A DNA stretch of 42,255 bases from Prevotella sp. (GTDB lineage: Bacteria; Bacteroidota; Bacteroidia; Bacteroidales; Bacteroidaceae). A program made the translations under genes and the position numbers. A model generated the notes under the pieces. That model saw nothing but the letters and a program-made list of their open reading frames with translations, did no database searches and was not told the DNA's origin. The stretch's first letter is position 1, and every line of letters begins with the position of its first letter. Shown here piece after piece: positions 37,669-42,255 of the stretch. The stretch is taken from NCBI GenBank assembly GCA_036752365.1, contig DAIOSW010000001.1, forward strand, positions 1 through 42,255, written 5' to 3'.

Positions 37669-40600
37669 TTAGAATTGAATAGTGACACCGACAGTGAATG
37701 AGCGTGAACGTGGTGTCTTTGCTCCGTCATAGACGATACCGTAGCTGCCGTATCCAACCTCAGGATCTGCGCCGCTATATTTTGTCAAGCAGAAGAGATT
37801 ATTGGCACTCATATCTATCTTTAGCTGTGAAAGTCCATATTTGCTCAGAATTTTTGAGTCTACAGAGTATGATAACTGTGTATAATTAAGACGAAGGAAT
37901 GAGCCGTCTTCTACAAATCTGTCGCTTCCGAGCCAATTATAACCGCTCTTATAAAGAGCTCTTGGTATCTGAGTTTCGTCGCCTTCCACTCTCCATCTCC
38001 AGTTTACGGCACGACTTTGATTGTTATTTGAATACATGTTTTCTGCGGTCATACGTGCTTGGTTAATGATCTTATTGCCGATGCGGAAGTTAAACTGGTT
38101 ATTCAGACTTAGTCGTCCCCATTGCAGCTTAAATCCCCATCCACCGGTAATCTTTGGTAGAGAACTGCCTAGATATACGATGTCCAACTCGTTGATATTA
38201 CCATCGTGATTAATATCTTCGTAGATGGCATCACCACCTTTGAATTCATATGCGGAGCTAGTTCCATAACAGAAATACATCGGTTTGGTGTTACCTTTCT
38301 CATCAAGAATCACTGCTCCTGAAGCATCTCTTACGACCGGTGCATTTGGACCACTGACACCTTTGACTTCATTGGCTGTATATTCAGAGTATTGATATAC
38401 TCCTTTATATTTGAAACCGTATATACTACCAAAGGAACGGTTAAGTTGAACGCGTGTCAGATAACTTCCATTCGAACGGTTGAACTCATTGTTGAGACTA
38501 GCTAAACAAGTTGGGTCCATTTCTGTCAGTTCATTCCGGTTGTTAGCAAATGAGACATTGAAATCTGCAGAGAATTTACCAGCTTTTATGATCCTGTTAC
38601 CATTAATATTGAATTCCCATCCGGTATTTTTCATTTTACCCACGTTTTGGTATGAAAGAGCAGAGAATCCAGAAGAAGTCGGGATTGCACGGTTTGTCAT
38701 CAGCAGGTCGCGTACAGTTCCTGTATAGATATCGACGTTTCCGTTAATAAGATCATCAAAAAAACCAAAGTCGAAACCGAGGTTGAATGACTCTTTTTCT
38801 TCCCATTTTAATTTCTTTAGCTGTATATTACTTTGATATACAGACCCTTCTCCTGTATAAGAACTGCCATTGGCATACTTGCTAAAATATAGGTATTCAG
38901 CTCCGGGTTGTGTTCCGGATATACCCCATCCCGGACGGATAGACAGCATGGATAACCAAGGCAGATGTTTCTTCATGAAAGGTTCATCGCTGATGTTCCA
39001 ACGTCCTGACAATGCAGGGAAATTACCCCACCGTTCACTGGGACCAAACTTCGTGCTACCATCGCGACGAACAGTGAAGTCAAACATATATCTTCCTTTA
39101 TAGGCATAGTGCGTAGAGAATGTGAAATACATGCTTCGCCATTGTCCTGCAGATGTGGAAAAATTGCTGCTGATAATACCGTTTGCCCCAGTACTCTGAA
39201 TCGTTCCTGAAGGAAGACCGTATTCGCCAGTTGCTTGTGTCGTCGAATTTCCACTTGTCATCTGTCCTCTAAGCATCATGGATAAAGAATGATCTTCGTT
39301 TTTGAACTTAGGTATGAATGTTAATGTGTGTGTCGTTGTTACACCAAGACTTTTGTATGATGAAGAAGTGACAGCATTTGCGTTTGTTGAGGACCATCCT
39401 GATGTATTAAGGCTTGTTGGATAGAATGTATCATTATAATCATTGAATATATTAAATACAATTTTCCCTTCGTACGTTAATTTTGTCTCCTCTTCACTAA
39501 GACCTAATAAGTTATATCTTAGCTGAAATTCAGGCTGGATGTTGAAACTTGATTCGCCGTTTTTTGCAAGATTGGCTAAAGCGACCGGATTGACAGAACT
39601 TCTTTGGTCAGACAGCTCGCTAGAACTAGTTGAGAGCATGTTGTAATAATCTTTCGTGTTATTACCGTAAGCATCTTGCTCATATATAGAAAGGTTTGGC
39701 ATCCGAATATATGCTGTTGACAGTAAATCAGAATAATTCTTCTTGTTATTCGTATAAGTCATGGCAATATTTGTCACGATCTTAATACGATCACTAACGA
39801 AGTAGTCGAGAGCTACGCGGGTTGTGAATCTGTCAAGTACCTGCTTGATAATAGAACCCGTCTCATGATCGTAACCTGCGGAGATGCGAAAGTTTGCTTT
39901 CTCTCCGCCGCCGGATATAGCTACATTGTGCTTTTGTTGCCAACCTGTCTGTTTGACAGCTTTTACCCAATCTGTATTATTGTTGTACATCTCATATTCC
40001 GAATTTGTAGGGTCGTAATTCAATTCTACGATGTTTGAGGCGTCATCGCTCAGTTTAGGATTGAAATATTCTTCTTTCATCAACATGGTGTACTGATCTC
40101 CATTGAGCATCTTCATTCCGTTAGGCTGGTATGTACCTGTAACTCGATAGGAGTAACTTACTTTTGTTTTTCCAGTTGCTCCACGTTTTGTTTTTATTTC
40201 AATTACACCGTTTGAACCCTGTGACCCCCAAATGGCTGTAGCAGCAGCATCCTTTAAAACTGAGATACTTGCAATATCTTCAGGATTAATGTTTAATAAT
40301 TCTGCAAATTTTTCATCATTTGCACTGTTATAGTCAAAATTGGAGCTGGCATCTGTCTCCCATACATTTCCATCAACCACGATAAGAGGTTCCGATGAAC
40401 CGTTGATACTTGATACACCACGCAATCTCATTGATGTTCCAGAGCCAAGGTTACCGCTGTTTGCAATAATATCTAATCCGGCAATACGTCCTTGCAATGC
40501 TTCATCTATGGTTGTCACAGGCAGACCATCAAACTCTTTTGCGTCAATTGTTTGACGGGCGGTCGAAATCTCGGTCACGGGGACGCTGAGTCCCGAACCT

Positions 40601-40953
40601 TCTGTCCTTCTTTTCGACTTTACTACAATCTCTTTTATCTGTGTGGCATCCGTCATTCGTATTTTAAATACCGTATTGTTGATAGGCAGAATCTGAGCTT
40701 TATATCCTACGAATGATACTTTTATCCTATCTTTAGGATTGACCAGTTTAAAAGAGAAGTTTCCGTTGAAGTCCGTTACACAAGCTGCCACAATACGGTT
40801 CGCGGCATCTATTTCTATTACATTTACCATCATCATCGGGCCTTCTTGATCGTATACAGAACCTCTGATAATTTGACCAGCTTTTTGTCCGAGAGCTGTT
40901 CCTGTAGCAATAAGTAACGTTGCTATAAAACATAAAAAGGTTTTTCGTTTCAT
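37669..40953 (-). CDS. SusC/RagA-family TonB-dependent transporter (first copy)
   Basis: ALQGRIAGL, EPLIVVDG, ISVLKDAAATAIWGSQGSNGVIEIKTKRG, LKWEE, SDRFVEDGSFLRL, terminal F. Confidence 0.95.
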   Translation of the reverse strand: MKRKTFLCFIATLLIATGTALGQKAGQIIRGSVYDQEGPMMMVNVIEIDAANRIVAACVTDFNGNFSFKLVNPKDRIKVSFVGYKAQILPINNTVFKIRMTDATQIKEIVVKSKRRTEGSGLSVPVTEISTARQTIDAKEFDGLPVTTIDEALQGRIAGLDIIANSGNLGSGTSMRLRGVSSINGSSEPLIVVDGNVWETDASSNFDYNSANDEKFAELLNINPEDIASISVLKDAAATAIWGSQGSNGVIEIKTKRGATGKTKVSYSYRVTGTYQPNGMKMLNGDQYTMLMKEEYFNPKLSDDASNIVELNYDPTNSEYEMYNNNTDWVKAVKQTGWQQKHNVAISGGGEKANFRISAGYDHETGSIIKQVLDRFTTRVALDYFVSDRIKIVTNIAMTYTNNKKNYSDLLSTAYIRMPNLSIYEQDAYGNNTKDYYNMLSTSSSELSDQRSSVNPVALANLAKNGESSFNIQPEFQLRYNLLGLSEEETKLTYEGKIVFNIFNDYNDTFYPTSLNTSGWSSTNANAVTSSSYKSLGVTTTHTLTFIPKFKNEDHSLSMMLRGQMTSGNSTTQATGEYGLPSGTIQSTGANGIISSNFSTSAGQWRSMYFTFSTHYAYKGRYMFDFTVRRDGSTKFGPSERWGNFPALSGRWNISDEPFMKKHLPWLSMLSIRPGWGISGTQPGAEYLYFSKYANGSSYTGEGSVYQSNIQLKKLKWEEKESFNLGFDFGFFDDLINGNVDIYTGTVRDLLMTNRAIPTSSGFSALSYQNVGKMKNTGWEFNINGNRIIKAGKFSADFNVSFANNRNELTEMDPTCLASLNNEFNRSNGSYLTRVQLNRSFGSIYGFKYKGVYQYSEYTANEVKGVSGPNAPVVRDASGAVILDEKGNTKPMYFCYGTSSAYEFKGGDAIYEDINHDGNINELDIVYLGSSLPKITGGWGFKLQWGRLSLNNQFNFRIGNKIINQARMTAENMYSNNNQSRAVNWRWRVEGDETQIPRALYKSGYNWLGSDRFVEDGSFLRLNYTQLSYSVDSKILSKYGLSQLKIDMSANNLFCLTKYSGADPEVGYGSYGIVYDGAKTPRSRSFTVGVTIQF

Positions 40954-40968
40954 ATTATGATTAAGTTT

Positions 40969-42255
40969 TTACTTGTAAAATAAAGGACCGTCAATCAGAT
41001 GGATCACAGCCGAAGAACTTGTTTCTATATTTGTTGCTTGAGTTGCATCCTTTGAATTGTACTGATATTCTTTCGCCATCAGATTGTACAGATTAGGGGT
41101 CGTGGTTATAACATTTCTCGTATTACCTGCTAAGTCTGTAATCTTAAGACCTGAATTATTAACACTTACTGCTAATTTATAGAATCTCTCAGTTGACGGA
41201 TTAACGGTGGATGTCTCATATTCACCAGTCTCACTTCCTGCGCCAATGAAGAGTGCATTATCCTGAATATGATATTTTAGGAAATTCACAATTTTCGTGG
41301 AGTCGGCAGTTTTTGCCGTAAAGTCTTCGTTAGCCTCTTCTTGTTCTACTTTCTCCCATGTGGGTAATGTCCCATCTTTTTCTAAAGCAAGAATGCTTTC
41401 GTTGGTTGGAACATATACGGTGTAATGATAAGTGTTGAACAGACTGATATTGGTTCCTCCACATGCGTATGCGTTATTGTGGATAGTTTCAAATAGACCA
41501 CTACCGTCCATAAGTTTTAGAAACTCGCTGAATTCGTCATGCTCCGATAAAATATCCCTCACGGTCTTTCGTGAACTCATGATAGGCTTGCTACTAAGGA
41601 TATATGTTTTACCATTACCGTCAGTACTTTCATCATAGATATCATTTACATTTATTGGTAATTCTTCGTTATTCTGGTAACTTCCAGCTACAGTCATTCC
41701 ATTTTTACCTTCATTCACATTTTCTACCTTCAGTTCAGAACCTCCTTTAGTACGATAATATGTGTTGCCATCTTCTACGTTTCCAATAACAATATGATTA
41801 TCAAGAATGTCACTTAGACGGTTGGTTATCTGGGAATATGATGCTTTACCAATAGAATCACCTACTATTCCTGTCGTAGTATCGTAATTCCAAATAGAAG
41901 CCCATACTTTATCTGTTTCACTTAAAGCAGAAGCGTTGTAGTGGAAACGGAAAAGTTGCGTTGTACTCTTACCAAACGAACAAGGGTCGATGTATTCAAG
42001 AAGTGCTTTGTTGGTTGGAACAAAGAAACTGTAATAAGAATTGAGAGAGTTTAGATAAACATTGTATTCCAATTGTTCTATTCCCCAATATAAAACACTC
42101 ATTGATTCATTAATGAGGGTAGGGAAGGATACAGACACATAAGCTGTCGGACTGAAAACCCTGTTTGTAAGATAAATTGCTCCATTGCATCCAAGCCATA
42201 CGCTGTCTATATCTGATTTCGATATACCAAGCTTGTCGTTTGCATCATTCAAAAT
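40969..42255 (-). CDS. 5'-truncated multi-fasciclin domain protein
   Basis: Frame is open to the window edge. NGAIYLTNRV, YSFFVPTN, YTVYVPTN, AVIHLIDGPL. Confidence 0.8.
   Translation of the reverse strand: MLNDANDKLGISKSDIDSVWLGCNGAIYLTNRVFSPTAYVSVSFPTLINESMSVLYWGIEQLEYNVYLNSLNSYYSFFVPTNKALLEYIDPCSFGKSTTQLFRFHYNASALSETDKVWASIWNYDTTTGIVGDSIGKASYSQITNRLSDILDNHIVIGNVEDGNTYYRTKGGSELKVENVNEGKNGMTVAGSYQNNEELPINVNDIYDESTDGNGKTYILSSKPIMSSRKTVRDILSEHDEFSEFLKLMDGSGLFETIHNNAYACGGTNISLFNTYHYTVYVPTNESILALEKDGTLPTWEKVEQEEANEDFTAKTADSTKIVNFLKYHIQDNALFIGAGSETGEYETSTVNPSTERFYKLAVSVNNSGLKITDLAGNTRNVITTTPNLYNLMAKEYQYNSKDATQATNIETSSSAVIHLIDGPLFYK

Noticed and set aside
774..41638. Many 60-130 aa ORFs overlapping long genes on alternative frames or strands
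   Set aside because: They are shadow ORFs of well-supported genes, with no recognisable motifs or independent expression signals.

Overview
AT-rich chromosomal window from a Bacteroidales bacterium, most likely Prevotella-like, judged from TAnnTTTG promoters, SusC/SusD genes and a Prevotella-type secretion tail. The left ~24 kb is mostly housekeeping: a 5'-truncated MG2/macroglobulin-like protein, a TonB-dependent receptor, hemW, the alternative elongation factor EF-G2 (fusA2) with a Cur/BT4338-type site, rprXY, rpsF-rpsR-rplI, suhB, a tiny Asp-Ser-Ala repeat lipoprotein, mtaB, a GT2, a DUF4861 protein, a GldB-like protein, a YhcC radical SAM, and a DPP-IV/GH16/GH105-DUF4861 operon. The right ~18 kb is all on the minus strand. 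It holds a polysaccharide utilisation locus (fasciclin protein, SusC, SusD, two fasciclin lipoproteins, SusC, SusD), then a secreted GH30 and ndh. The most notable unannotated structure is a ~200-230 bp diverged direct repeat (secretion-tail coding end + terminator + promoter) at both ends of the GH30 gene. The upstream copy retains an orphan fragment of a lost secreted gene. I saw no tRNA, rRNA, CRISPR array, transposase or integrase. All family assignments come from motif recognition by eye, not from database searches.
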